In this document: in pieces, positions 39,105 to 50,100 of the stretch
Layout of the letters: every line of letters begins with the position of its first letter
Numbering within the stretch: position 1 is the first letter of the stretch
Origin: Bacillota bacterium
GTDB taxonomy: Bacteria > Bacillota > Clostridia > Lachnospirales > Lachnospiraceae
Reading direction: 5' to 3'
Assembly (NCBI GenBank): GCA_023408815.1
Contig: JAEYJO010000074.1
Location: 6,768 to 70,767, forward strand
Length of the DNA stretch: 64,000 nucleotides
Notes under the pieces: generated by a model
What the model saw: only the letters and a program-made list of their open reading frames with translations
Told to the model about the DNA's origin: nothing
The model's database searches: none
Program-made: the position numbers and the translations under genes

Positions 39105-40808
39105 TCAATTGTCTTTGATTAGTATTGTTCCTCTTAAATTACTGTCTCCTTGACTTAGTTGTACTGATGTATCGCCCCGATTAAAAAATACACACGTATA
39201 TACGTTAACAGGCATGGATTTATAAGTATATCCGTCTGCTTTGGTGAACGATGTAAATACTACCGACACCCATATTTTAGCATGATTCATGCCTATATGT
39301 AGCAAAGCCAAAGTCTCGCCGCCCGTTACAGTTTCGTCAATAACGATATTAAAACTTGATGAACTGTTAGCATTAATAGGGCTGATGCTAGTAGCGTCTG
39401 TACAGACTTTATCTGTGGTGTTAAAAGTAACAAACCTTATAGCCGAAGATGGAAGATTCAATTCATGAAACAATATTCCGCTCGAACCTCCGCTATCGAC
39501 TAGACCTTTCAACACTTTTCCTTGCGCCGCACTCAGAGCTTTCTCACTGTCATCCGTAACAAGATCGTCAGCAATTTCTACTACGGGAATAGAATTTATC
39601 TTATCATCCAGCACCTTACCCATAGTTGCATCCAAAGCATTTCCGGTGGTGGTGGCTAGGAGGTTGGCGGTAAGCATGGAGCGGTTAAGCATCGTACTCC
39701 ACACGCCATCAACATTTCCACTACCGCCACTGATGCGGATGTATTTAGTCCATATCCTTCCTCCCGATGTTCTTTCGTATGCCATTGCATGTACGTACCA
39801 CGATGATGGTCTCCTTATGATTACGCCGCATGGAGATACGGGTAGTTCCGAGACTTCTGTGTCATTCAAGACAATCTCTGACCCATCCGCCATAGCCGTA
39901 GCAATCTCCAAACACGTCGCCGGGGCTGTTAAGCCGATATCCGCGAGGGACGTGTAATTCTTAAATTTCGTGCTGAACGTCCCATTACTTACACCTATTG
40001 TTATATCATCCGGCTTACCGATACCGTTTGTGGTGGGGGTCATGATTTGGACATCTGGTATGTCTATATCATGCGTATGAGATGTAATTGTACCTGTTAA
40101 TTTTGCTTCAATTTCTGCTTTAGTAATATCGCTATTCTTTTGAGCATCGGAAGGAGCATGAGCGGAATCAGCGTGAGTTTTGGCAGCATTCCAATTCGTT
40201 CGTTCAGTCACTGTGATATGTACAGTCGTATTGTCCTTATGCGCCTGAAACTCAACGTCACTTGCTTTATTTCCTATTGCTGTCTCAAGGGCTTCTACAA
40301 CTGTTTGATTTTCTTCCATTGCATCGGCTATCTCTTTAAGCGTGTCCATGGTAGTTGGTGCGCCGTTGATTAAGTCGGATATTTTGGTATCTGTATATGC
40401 CGTAGCATTTTCGTATGCTCCGTCTGTTTCCGGCGTATATCCAAGGGCCGATGTTACATTAGCCTTGGTAATTTCATTTCGAATAGTTGCGGAAGACTTG
40501 TTTTCCACATTAGGGATTCCGAGGTTTTGTTTGGTAATATTTACCTTGCCGATTCGATATTCCGTTTCCGCTTCTCCTTTTACGCCCAATTCAGATATTT
40601 TTTCATTCGTGTGGGCTATTGCTTCTTGTAAGGCTTCGTCTGCACTCCCTATCGGGTCTGCTCCCACGTCTGCTGCAGTATAAGTTTTACTTTGTAATCC
40701 CTCGATCTTCTCTTCGGCATTTCGGATTCTCTCGGCAGCATTATCTTTTTCATAATTTCCTTCTGGTAATATCTGCGCTCCGCCTGCATATAATTGCTCT
40801 GTTGTCAT
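39105..40808 (-). CDS. Tail fibre protein
   Basis: APTTMDTLKEIA, ALDATMGKVL and ALSAAQGKVL fibre repeats; position after baseplate genes. Confidence 0.8.
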   Translation of the reverse strand: MTTEQLYAGGAQILPEGNYEKDNAAERIRNAEEKIEGLQSKTYTAADVGADPIGSADEALQEAIAHTNEKISELGVKGEAETEYRIGKVNITKQNLGIPNVENKSSATIRNEITKANVTSALGYTPETDGAYENATAYTDTKISDLINGAPTTMDTLKEIADAMEENQTVVEALETAIGNKASDVEFQAHKDNTTVHITVTERTNWNAAKTHADSAHAPSDAQKNSDITKAEIEAKLTGTITSHTHDIDIPDVQIMTPTTNGIGKPDDITIGVSNGTFSTKFKNYTSLADIGLTAPATCLEIATAMADGSEIVLNDTEVSELPVSPCGVIIRRPSSWYVHAMAYERTSGGRIWTKYIRISGGSGNVDGVWSTMLNRSMLTANLLATTTGNALDATMGKVLDDKINSIPVVEIADDLVTDDSEKALSAAQGKVLKGLVDSGGSSGILFHELNLPSSAIRFVTFNTTDKVCTDATSISPINANSSSSFNIVIDETVTGGETLALLHIGMNHAKIWVSVVFTSFTKADGYTYKSMPVNVYTCVFFNRGDTSVQLSQGDSNLRGTILIKDN

Positions 40809-40824
40809 TTTCCCGTTCCTTTCT

Positions 40825-41409
40825 TCAGTAAGGCATTTGATTAACGATTAAACGGATTTCATTTTCCTCGTAAGCTCCCTCAGCGGTACCTATCGTTACC
40901 CTGCCATTTTGCCTAAGCTTTTCCCATATTGCTTCTGTGTCTTTTTTGGTTGCTGTGACGATATTAGGGTCAATCAGTAGCTCTACCGCATCTCCATTGA
41001 TGAGAGCCATTTCCAACTCCAATCGCATCTCATTTACTACGCCATCCGTGACTGTCACCTTGGGTGTTGCCGGACAATTACAGATGGCTATCATATGGCC
41101 CGCCTCATCAAAAACTCCCATTTCCCTTATTGTAAAACCGCCCGCATCGCCGGGGCATATAGCCGTCACGATTAATATGTTTGCTGCCTCTGGGCTAATT
41201 TCACAGGAGTTGATTGTCCCTCTCCAAGTCTCATTCTTCAGTTCGGTCATTGATGTAACAGGACTATAATATTCCCCGTTTGCATCTCCTACTGCAAATT
41301 CTATGATTTTTACCTTTTTCCCTTCTGCAACGGACAACATCATCAATTTATTTCCTATGTCTGTTACGACTGCGTCATAGGTTTTTGTAGTCTCATTCAT
41401 TGTCACCAT
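40825..41409 (-). CDS. Tail-collar/fibre N-terminal domain protein
   Basis: FAVGD and GGFTIREMGVFD. Confidence 0.82.
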   Translation of the reverse strand: MVTMNETTKTYDAVVTDIGNKLMMLSVAEGKKVKIIEFAVGDANGEYYSPVTSMTELKNETWRGTINSCEISPEAANILIVTAICPGDAGGFTIREMGVFDEAGHMIAICNCPATPKVTVTDGVVNEMRLELEMALINGDAVELLIDPNIVTATKKDTEAIWEKLRQNGRVTIGTAEGAYEENEIRLIVNQMPY

Positions 41410-41442
41410 CTTAATATCCTTCCTTTCTTTTTGCTTATTTCC

Positions 41443-42189
41443 TCACGGAGTAGTCCTCACAACGCGCCCGTTTTCTGATAGTACCCTTACTTTTTTACCT
41501 GATCCTGCCAACACATAAACATCATTTGGTCCTATTTCGTCGCGTCCTTTTATTTTTATATGTTGGCTCAGTCTGAGGGTAGCGGATACGTGATCGTCTG
41601 AATTTGCTTGTATTTCCTCTGTCAACCGCGCCTTTATCTTTATGCAACATCCTATTCCACCTGCTGCCACCGTCTTGGAAATTGTCTTTGTGTGATATTT
41701 CCATATAATAGATTTCAAGTGTGAGCGAGTATTTTTAACATCTCTCAACGATTGCAGGAACCCTAGATATTTTTCCAGTGTCATATCCTGGCTTATAATA
41801 TTAACCATCAACCGGAATAAATAAGGGTTTCCCTCGTACTGAAACCACTCTTCCACTTCTGCGCTTTGAAAGACAAAATCGGTAAGCTCTTTTACCGTTG
41901 ATAGGGTACCCGCCTTGTAATACCATGGCAGAGTTCTTTTTATCATTTCCCGCTTTTCGGCCATAGTGAAGGTATCGCTATAATACTTTGTCCTCAGCTC
42001 TACCGCCAGTAGGTCAATAAGAGCCTCCTCCAGTATATCTACTGCCGCATAAACGCTTGATTGCTTTGTAGTATCAATGATCTGTTTTACTGTATTTGAT
42101 ATTGCATAGCTTATCGCCTGCGCTACTGGATCGGACTTTAAATTGTCCGGCATGATATCCGTTATCCCGCCATTATATAGATTAATCAC
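41443..42189 (-). CDS. Baseplate wedge protein (P2 gpI-like)
   Basis: VEEWFQY..PYLF..KNTRSHL. Confidence 0.85.
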   Translation of the reverse strand: MINLYNGGITDIMPDNLKSDPVAQAISYAISNTVKQIIDTTKQSSVYAAVDILEEALIDLLAVELRTKYYSDTFTMAEKREMIKRTLPWYYKAGTLSTVKELTDFVFQSAEVEEWFQYEGNPYLFRLMVNIISQDMTLEKYLGFLQSLRDVKNTRSHLKSIIWKYHTKTISKTVAAGGIGCCIKIKARLTEEIQANSDDHVSATLRLSQHIKIKGRDEIGPNDVYVLAGSGKKVRVLSENGRVVRTTP

Positions 42190-43333
42190 GTTCTATGCCT
42201 CCAAACTCCACTTCTACATTATTTAGTACCGCCAGAGCTGCTTCTCCGATAACCAAAAAAGCAGGTTCCGAAACTTCTACTCGTTTCGCTCCTGCCTGCA
42301 TGATGTAATGGTTTAACATGGATGGATTGATGTCTCTGCCTATCTGTGATTTTTGCCAGTAGGCGAATCCACTTACCGCCGCATCCACGTTTTTTTGTAC
42401 TGCTGCCGCTTTATTCTTATCACTGTCATTAATCCAGTATTTAATCTTTACATCATAAGGATATACTTCCGGAGCTGCAACGGTTACGTGATCGGTCAAT
42501 GGACGTCTCTCCCCGTCCATCAGATATTCTTCCACTCCATCAATCATTCCCTGCGCTGGCAGCTCCCCATCCTGAAGGATAAACCGTATATCCACCACTC
42601 CGGGCACCGGCGAGTACACCTTTACATCCTTGATATCCGGGTTATACTCCTTTACCCAATAGCGATATGCATCATCCGGTCCCGCTGTACTATAAGAGGA
42701 TGGCGCCAGATAAATCCTTTCGGCAAGGTTCGCATCGCTTTCAATCTCTGCGCCCCCGCTGGAGGGCTGTATATTTCTCACTTCCGCAACATAGGGTATT
42801 TTATCCACCAGGACCTTAATCGCATCCACTTCAAAGTTATTACCAACTTCTCCAATCTCCGCACAAACAGCCGGCACGTCAACATATGTCTCCCCTATTG
42901 GTATGGCGCTCTCCTCTTCCGTATAAAAAAATACGTTTCCTCCCGGCGTTACCCTTGTTCCCATGGGGATAATGATTGCTCCCGGCCTGGCCGCTGATAA
43001 TGTAAATCGTATCTTTGTTTTAGCCGCTTCTCCCTCGTTTCTCACGATTCCCTTAAGAGCGCCCATATTGTCCAGATATTCACCAAAAGCATACTTTAGG
43101 AAGGATTGCTTGCCTGCGGCATCTATGTACTGCATCCCTTGGTATAATTGCAGCGTAGCCGCATATAAGATAAGTCTCACGGGATCAGCTTGCGGCAGAC
43201 TGATTTCCTGCCCTGTTAATTCGTAATATTTGCTTTGAAAATCGTTTATCATCTGGCTCTGCAAATCTTCCAATGATAGATTCTCAATAAAACTAATATC
43301 CGGATAATTATCCAACGTATTTCTTAGGCTCAT
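42182..43333 (-). CDS. Baseplate J-like protein
   Basis: GGAEIESD, STAGP..AY and RPLTDHV. Confidence 0.92.
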   Translation of the reverse strand: MSLRNTLDNYPDISFIENLSLEDLQSQMINDFQSKYYELTGQEISLPQADPVRLILYAATLQLYQGMQYIDAAGKQSFLKYAFGEYLDNMGALKGIVRNEGEAAKTKIRFTLSAARPGAIIIPMGTRVTPGGNVFFYTEEESAIPIGETYVDVPAVCAEIGEVGNNFEVDAIKVLVDKIPYVAEVRNIQPSSGGAEIESDANLAERIYLAPSSYSTAGPDDAYRYWVKEYNPDIKDVKVYSPVPGVVDIRFILQDGELPAQGMIDGVEEYLMDGERRPLTDHVTVAAPEVYPYDVKIKYWINDSDKNKAAAVQKNVDAAVSGFAYWQKSQIGRDINPSMLNHYIMQAGAKRVEVSEPAFLVIGEAALAVLNNVEVEFGGIERD

Positions 43334-43641
43334 ATTTCATCTCCCTTTACCAATGTGATAACCGGAATCATATTTCCGCTTTGACTGTCATACTCAAATG
43401 TTGCCTCTTTTACCTTTACCCTCGGCTCATACTTCCTCGTTTTCTTCATGGCTTCAAATACAAATTCGTTCTGCGCTACGGGAAGCGGTTTGTCGATAAA
43501 ATCCCAATTAAGCCCGAAAGCGCGGTCAAGCGGCTGCTTCCCCTCCCTGGTGGAATATAAGGTTCGCAGGCACCGCGATATGCTCTCGATTTCCGGCGCA
43601 TCATAGTCAAACCTTATTTGTATACTTCCAACATCAATCAT
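43330..43641 (-). CDS. gp25/GPW-like baseplate protein
   Basis: PLDRAFG and YEPRV; start moved to the ATG after an RBS. Confidence 0.82.
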   Translation of the reverse strand: MIDVGSIQIRFDYDAPEIESISRCLRTLYSTREGKQPLDRAFGLNWDFIDKPLPVAQNEFVFEAMKKTRKYEPRVKVKEATFEYDSQSGNMIPVITLVKGDEI

Positions 43642-43655
43642 GCCCTCTCCTTCCG

Positions 43656-44045
43656 CTATGCATACTCTTCCATTGTTATGGTCCCGGTAGCGATTGCCAG
43701 CTCTCCGCCGCTTAATATGGTGTCCCACTCCTCGCCCAGCGAAGAAATACAAAACCGGTTGTTTCCAACCGGTCTCCCTCCAATTATTAAATAATCAGTT
43801 TTACCTTCTTCAACGATACTTTCCATCTTCTCCAGCATTTCTCTCGGCCGGACTCCGTATATTGCATTTAATGTGATCGTAAACGTAATTTTTCTATTAC
43901 CCGGCCCGTTAAATTCTAATACTTCTTTTCTTCCGATGATCGAGTGTCGGCTCCACCTTCCGCTCACCGTCTGCTTGAAACCTTTAAATGACAAAATTCT
44001 TTTATCGCTGGTTTCAAAAATTATATCTCCAAATTTTCCAACCAT
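43656..44045 (-). CDS. P2 GpU-like tail protein
   Basis: MVGKFGDIIF..EFNGP..EEY. Confidence 0.82.
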   Translation of the reverse strand: MVGKFGDIIFETSDKRILSFKGFKQTVSGRWSRHSIIGRKEVLEFNGPGNRKITFTITLNAIYGVRPREMLEKMESIVEEGKTDYLIIGGRPVGNNRFCISSLGEEWDTILSGGELAIATGTITMEEYA

Positions 44046-44051
44046 TCCTGC

Positions 44052-44843
44052 CTACTTTCTTGCAGATGTATCACCATCCAACGCTTCCATTCTTTCCATG
44101 ATTTGGGTCAAGGTAGTAGCGAAACTATTATTTTCAAGCGCAACTTCTTCGCCCGCCCTCATCTCCGTATTTTTTTGTGACAAGAATCGTGAATCATTTC
44201 CGCTCTGCATTTCTACATTTTCTACCGCTTGTATGCTCATATCTTTTCCCGCCTTCATCTCCATATTTTCTATAGTTTCCAGTTTTATGTTCAATATGAG
44301 TGCTTCCAAATCTGCCAAATCCATAATGATTTTTATATTGCTGGCTATCAGCGCTTCTATAACATCCGAGTCAAGCGCTTCCATGAAAATATCCCTTACT
44401 TTCATTGTGTGCTCTGGACTTTCTAGGCTTGTCCTGTTTTTCGCCGCAATATTTACTTCCGGACCTTCTATATCAGTCTCATTGATTCCGTGTACCTTAA
44501 AATTCGGTACTCTGATAAGATATTCTCCGGTTTCATCATCATACCTGACATACGCGGCCCCAAATATCTTCGACAGCTCCTTGCGATATAACTGTTTGCC
44601 GCCCTCAGCAGGCCTATTCTTCTTATTCCATACCTTTCCTAAAACAACTCCCCTGCTGCTGCCATTTGATAAATGCGCAACAAAGACCTGTTGACCAATT
44701 TGGGGCGGGCTATATTCGTCGTTAAAGTTAGCATATGGCAATTTGGCCGTAACAGCATTTCCTTTATCGGTATATTCCACCTGCACCATTCCCGTATCAT
44801 AGTCAACGCTTGACACCTTACCTATTCTTATTCCAGTATTCAT
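44052..44843 (-). CDS. Baseplate spike (gpV-like)
   Basis: RIGKVSSVD..PQIGQQV..GVVLG. Confidence 0.82.
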   Translation of the reverse strand: MNTGIRIGKVSSVDYDTGMVQVEYTDKGNAVTAKLPYANFNDEYSPPQIGQQVFVAHLSNGSSRGVVLGKVWNKKNRPAEGGKQLYRKELSKIFGAAYVRYDDETGEYLIRVPNFKVHGINETDIEGPEVNIAAKNRTSLESPEHTMKVRDIFMEALDSDVIEALIASNIKIIMDLADLEALILNIKLETIENMEMKAGKDMSIQAVENVEMQSGNDSRFLSQKNTEMRAGEEVALENNSFATTLTQIMERMEALDGDTSARK

Positions 44844-44848
44844 ATCTC

Positions 44849-46108
44849 TTACCCCTTTGGCGGAATGGTTAATGTAGTGCCTGGGAATATCCAGTGACCA
44901 TTGCTGGAATCCGCCTTGCCTCTTTGCTTTGCGGTTTCCTCTATCGTGTCTTTATTAGCAGTATATATTTTTTCGTATTCCATCCCGTTTCCGTATAAGC
45001 TTTTCGCTATGCTCCATAAGGTATCACCGGAAACAACCGTATAAGATGTGCCTGCTGCCGTGCTGCTTTCTTCCGCCTGCTCGACCGCACCAATAGATAC
45101 CGTCTTTATCCTTGGTATGACGCGGTGCGCCTCTAACGTCGACTGGCATGTGCCTGAACCGCTCTTTTTTGTAATTACCTTATCTACATAATATTTTCCG
45201 TTGATCTTACTACCAAGTCCCGTTACATCTATGCAGGTACCGGAAAATATCTTTACATCCGTTTTTATGGTAATTGACATTGTTATGGCTTTCTTATTTT
45301 CATTGTTCAGCTTGGCGATTCCCTTGCGTTCGGCATCCTTGATATTGTCCGTATTCTCATTTATTTCCAGTATCCGGTTCCCGCCACCAATGATTATATG
45401 ATATTCTTCCGCATCGTTCGGGTCTGTATAACGTAGGTTCGCGCCGGTATAGGTACCTGCTACCGTAGATTTATAATTCCATTTGACCATGTCTGTTTCA
45501 TCTATAGTTCTTACGCTTGCCCGCTTCTCATAGGTCTCTTCATCGAAGATAATGATTTTATTAGCGTAGACTTTCATTGCAAGTCCATAGTCCGAACACA
45601 GCGAGTAAAGGAACTTACAATCCGTCTGCTCATTCTGTTCTATGATTTCTACCGGTATATCCTCCGCTTCATAATAAAATGATACATTTGCCCTACCTGC
45701 AATTTCCTTTGCAATCTGCTGTATCGTGATGCTTTCCCATGTTTTAGTTCTATTTTGAGAATTAAACGGCTCATTTCTCGGTATGGATACGGCTCCAATC
45801 TCACCACTTAGAGGCCTGCCACTAAACGTCATATCATCCACTTCAAATTCTCCGCAGTATAAAGTATTTACGTCCCCGGGAGTATCCCAATCACGGAGCA
45901 CAATAGTTCCGCTCATCCGGTCTCCCTTATTCGGCATCCACTCATCTATCCATTTTTTGTGGTCATTTTTTAAGCTGATACTAATAGAGTCGGATTCTCC
46001 GGAAGCCACATCCGTGTATGTATATTGTTCCAAATCTTCATTTATAGGTGTTGTAATATCTTTACCTTCATACTGAATTTCTATTTCTACTCTTCTTCCT
46101 TGCTCCAT
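44849..46108 (-). CDS. Baseplate hub (gpD-like) with C-terminal LysM
   Basis: EQNEQTDCKFL; YTVVSGDTLWSIA..IFPGTTL. Confidence 0.85.
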   Translation of the reverse strand: MEQGRRVEIEIQYEGKDITTPINEDLEQYTYTDVASGESDSISISLKNDHKKWIDEWMPNKGDRMSGTIVLRDWDTPGDVNTLYCGEFEVDDMTFSGRPLSGEIGAVSIPRNEPFNSQNRTKTWESITIQQIAKEIAGRANVSFYYEAEDIPVEIIEQNEQTDCKFLYSLCSDYGLAMKVYANKIIIFDEETYEKRASVRTIDETDMVKWNYKSTVAGTYTGANLRYTDPNDAEEYHIIIGGGNRILEINENTDNIKDAERKGIAKLNNENKKAITMSITIKTDVKIFSGTCIDVTGLGSKINGKYYVDKVITKKSGSGTCQSTLEAHRVIPRIKTVSIGAVEQAEESSTAAGTSYTVVSGDTLWSIAKSLYGNGMEYEKIYTANKDTIEETAKQRGKADSSNGHWIFPGTTLTIPPKG

Positions 46109-46111
46109 TTT

Positions 46112-46300
46112 CTACCTCCAAGGTGGTAAATCCTTTCTTTGTTCCGGCAGCTCCGGCGTATTTAACTTGATACCGTAGGGAAAGACAAATATATTTAAAT
46201 GCTGCGGATTGCTTTGCATAAGGTAATCCGCATATTTTTCGCTGCCATATACTTCTTTCGCTATCTGGTCCCAAGCTTGACCTTGCTTTGTTATGTACAT
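46112..46300 (-). CDS. Tail protein X (P2 gpX-like)
   Basis: MYITKQGQAWDQIA..LPPW. Confidence 0.85.
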   Translation of the reverse strand: MYITKQGQAWDQIAKEVYGSEKYADYLMQSNPQHLNIFVFPYGIKLNTPELPEQRKDLPPWR

Positions 46301-46371
46301 ACGCTCTCCCTTTATGGTATAAGAAAAGACGCTGCATTCCTGCAACGTCTTCTCGTTTAATGTTCATATTA

Positions 46372-46794
46372 TTATTTTGATAAATTTAGTTCTGCCATTA
46401 AAGCATCTCGCAATACCTGGGAAACATTAATTCCTGCGCTGGTTGCTTCTGAGTCCAACCATTTAGGAAGAGTAACATTCCTTCTCACTGATTTCTTTTC
46501 CATCCTATTTCTATAATAAGTAAAATCAATATCCACGTAGGTTAATATTCCTTGGGAGTAATCAAAAATTTCTGTATCTTCGCGTGCCTTTCTTATCGCG
46601 TCTTCTTTACTGGAAGGCACCGGCAACTCCATACTGTTATCTTCAATCGATACTCCTTTTAGTCCAATAGCATCCCTCGCCATTTCGATTGCATCTGCAA
46701 AATTTTTACCCTCGGTATAAATATCCATATCCGGTACATAAACTAAAAAATCATTTCCACTTTGTGCAATGAACGTCGGATATACTTGTTTCAT
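46372..46794 (-). CDS. hicB: HicB antitoxin
   Basis: VYVPD..TEG..AIEMARDAIG; C-terminal RRNVTLP..NVSQVL. Confidence 0.9.
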   Translation of the reverse strand: MKQVYPTFIAQSGNDFLVYVPDMDIYTEGKNFADAIEMARDAIGLKGVSIEDNSMELPVPSSKEDAIRKAREDTEIFDYSQGILTYVDIDFTYYRNRMEKKSVRRNVTLPKWLDSEATSAGINVSQVLRDALMAELNLSK

Positions 46795-46848
46795 AGTACC
46801 ACCTTTCTTTCTCCTTTTCTTTTTTATATTTAGCGGTAATGGGGATTT

Positions 46849-47019
46849 TTACAATCCCCATTTTTTCAATATTCTTTTGGCTGTTATTTCATTAATTTCT
46901 TTGTGCCTTGGAATCTGCTCCGTTTCACTCCCTCTTTTGTATGTATCATGGTTTCCACCATGTTCTTTAAAAGTGAAACCCGCTTCTTCAAGCTTTTTTA
47001 TCAAGTCACGTTGCTTCAT
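46849..47019 (-). CDS. hicA: HicA toxin (56 aa, not in ORF track)
   Basis: MKQRDLIKKLEEAGF..HGGNHD..IPRHKEINE; AAGGAGGT RBS. Confidence 0.9.
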   Translation of the reverse strand: MKQRDLIKKLEEAGFTFKEHGGNHDTYKRGSETEQIPRHKEINEITAKRILKKWGL

Positions 47020-47046
47020 AAGTTATTATTACCTCCTTATAAATAC

Positions 47047-47101
47047 ATTATACACACTATAGTGCGCATTGTCAATACTTTTTATACACATTTTTATACA
47101 C
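47047..47101 (-). promoter_or_regulatory. hicAB promoter/operator
   Basis: TTGACA-17-TATAAT with CACTATAGTG palindrome in the spacer; upstream TGTGTATAAAAA tandem. Confidence 0.8.
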
Positions 47102-47108
47102 ACTTATA

Positions 47109-50100
47109 CTATGAAAAACTTAATCTCCGATGATTCTTCTGCCATTTCTCCATCATGGCCTCCCACTTTTCAAATGACGCTTCGACATGATTATCCATAT
47201 CCTTTTGACTAGGAGCTTCCCCATAAAAATTATAAACGGGACTAAAAGGAAAACTGTAACTTTCATCATTATTATTTGTGGTGTTGGACGTTCCGCTTCC
47301 TTCATCTCCTAATATCTTGGTCATTAAGACGGAGAAACTGCCCTCACGCCCGGATATGCCTAGACGCTCTCCCGTTTCCTCCCATAGCGATTTAGAACGC
47401 TCGGAGCCGTCAATGGGTATCAGTGCCTCATCATATCCTCTTTCCGCAATTAAGGCGTTTTGTGGATATGTTGCGAAGCCGCCATATCCGTATGCTTTCA
47501 TTCTTGGGCTATTAGGGTTTGTAAATTGATTATTTGTATAGATTTTTACCCAGGCTTCCATCTCAATCGGGTCTGAAAACTTATCTGTATATCCTGCTTT
47601 TATTGCAGCATAAGCTTCTTCCGCCGCTTCACTTACTTTTTCTTCATCGACGGCGGTCGGCTCATAATTTTGACTTATGGCTTGTTGCCCTAAAGCGTCG
47701 AAAATCATTGATTTATCTTTCGATAACAACCCAATTGCTAGTCCTTCATTGATACCGTCTGTTATATACTGCGGTATTGCTTTTCCGGCATCGATGTATT
47801 CCTGCTGTAATTTCTGTAGTTCCTCAACTCCCGGCTTGTATTCCTTCCACAACTCCCCTATGGCTTTTTTTGTAGTTGAATCTATACCATCCAACCCTGC
47901 TTCTTGTGCTAATATTTGATACTGCATGTCAGAATTGGGGAGAGTTTCCATGTTCTTTATTCTATCGGTAGCTCTTCCAACAGCATCCGGCATATTATCT
48001 ATATATCCACCAGCCTCATCCTCGTAATGCTGTCGTATAGACTGCCCCATAAAACTGGTTGCCTTTGCTTCCAGACTGCCTACCTGCTCCAGATAATTTT
48101 CTTTATATTCTGCCAGCTCCGCATCATATTCAGCCTGCGTCATTTTACTTTCTGGGTCCGCAAACCTAGCTCTTGCGCTGGCATTGGCTAATGTATAGGC
48201 TTCCTCATAATCCTTTCTCGCCTGCTCCATCTGCTCATTGATTTCTGCCTGAAGGTTCTGGAAAGAATCCGAATCAAGCTCTTGGGTAGAATATTTCAAT
48301 CCGAGAAGGTCCAGATTGGCTTCATACTGTCCCTCGGTCAATGATGCCTTTATATTTGCCATTTGCTGTTGCAAGCCAGAAATTAATTTTGCTTCGTCTG
48401 GCTCCAAGAGTCCATCCGTAAACGCATCGGTAATTGCCGCGTTTAGTTGCGTACCGAGATTTGCAAGTTCCTGCTGTTTATCCGAGTAGAATTCATTAAT
48501 CCGCGTGACGATATTTGCGCCTTCCAAATCATCATCCGTAAGGACTCCCACCGCTAAATTAACAGAATACTGCTCCTGCTCCACGTAAGCCTGAACATCA
48601 TCAACATATGAGGCTATGTTTTGCTTATATCGCTCCTGCTCATCCTCTTTCAGATTCATTCCGATGGAAACTTTCCAGTTCATCCGGTTCAGTTCAGTTA
48701 CAGCATCATCTATACTTTCATCAATGCCATCCAATTCCCGCAGGGCATCTATGGACTCCCGCACTTGCCCCAGGCTGTCATTATCAACAATATAAGCCGC
48801 TGTCTCCTCCAAATCCGATAAAGACAAGGTTATATTTCCAAAGTGCCTATCAAGATTCGCCTTTTTTGCATCTTCCGCTGATTTTTTAACAGCAACCGTT
48901 ACTCCGCCAATCACTGCCGCAGCACCAGTAAGACCGAGTATCGGAAGCGATGCCACGCCCAGAGCCGTAAAGGATCCAGCTAATGACGAGATTCCCTTTG
49001 CAACCTTATAAGTCGCAAGTGCGGAGCCAACTCCTACAATGGTTCCTTCCAGCAACTCCGGATTGTCTGCCAGCCATCCGCCTACCGCCAGAAACGGGTC
49101 GGCAATATCTCCGATGACTCCTGCCAAATCCTTTGTAACCCTTATGGCCGTGGGTACTCCGTCAACTATTTCCTGTGCTATTTCGCTGATTACGTTACTG
49201 CTGCCTATGCTCGCCGTAGCCTCATGCATTAAATCCGAGAATATGTCTATACCATCTCGCATTGGCCCGTTAATCTGGTCATTAATTTCAATCCCAAATT
49301 CTGTAATGCCGTTTTTCATGACAGCAATCTTACTTTCCGTCGTTTCATATCTCGTTCCGGCTTCTTTAGCAAGTGCTGTATTCTCTTCCCATGCTTTGTT
49401 CGCTGTCTCCACAGCATTCGCCATGAGATCGCCGGCATTTGCCAGGCTTAAAAGTGTATTGCTGAGACGTACCTCTGTAAGTCCCATTTCATCAAGGATA
49501 ACCGTTGCCGATTTTCCATTTCTTTCAATATCATTTAATCCGCCGATGAAGGCAGATGCGGCGGATAAACCGTCTTTTTCAAAAGCCTGTTTAAATTCTT
49601 CCACGGACATTCCTGCAACTTTGGCATAGTCCTTTAAATCCTTGGCTCCGGTTTCTACGGACACCTGAATGCCCTTAATGAATTTACTCATGGCAGAGCC
49701 GCCTGCTTCCGCTTCGATTCCTACACTTGACATTGCGGTAGACATGGCCATGATCTGAGCTTCAGAAAATCCCGCTAATTCTCCGGCCGAAGCAAGTCTT
49801 GTTGCCATTGCCACAACGTCCGCTTCTGTTGTGGCGAAGTTATTTCCCAGGTCTACTATTACGGAGCCTAACTCATCGTAATTATCCGCCGACATTTTCG
49901 TAATGTTTGCAAATTTAGCCAGTGAGCTGGCCGCCTCCGTGGATGATAGATTCGTGGACTCACCTAAATCTATCATTGTTCTTGTAAATTCAAGAAGGTT
50001 ATCCTTCTGTATTCCCAGCTGTCCGGCAGCTTCGGCCACCTCAGAGATTTCCACTGCCGATGCGGGTATTTCCCTTGTCATTGCAAGGATTTCTTCTCGC

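Noticed and set aside
38076..40808. Diversity-generating retroelement or active shufflon at the fibre genes
   Set aside because: No reverse transcriptase, TR/VR pair, invertase or repeated crossover sites seen in the window.
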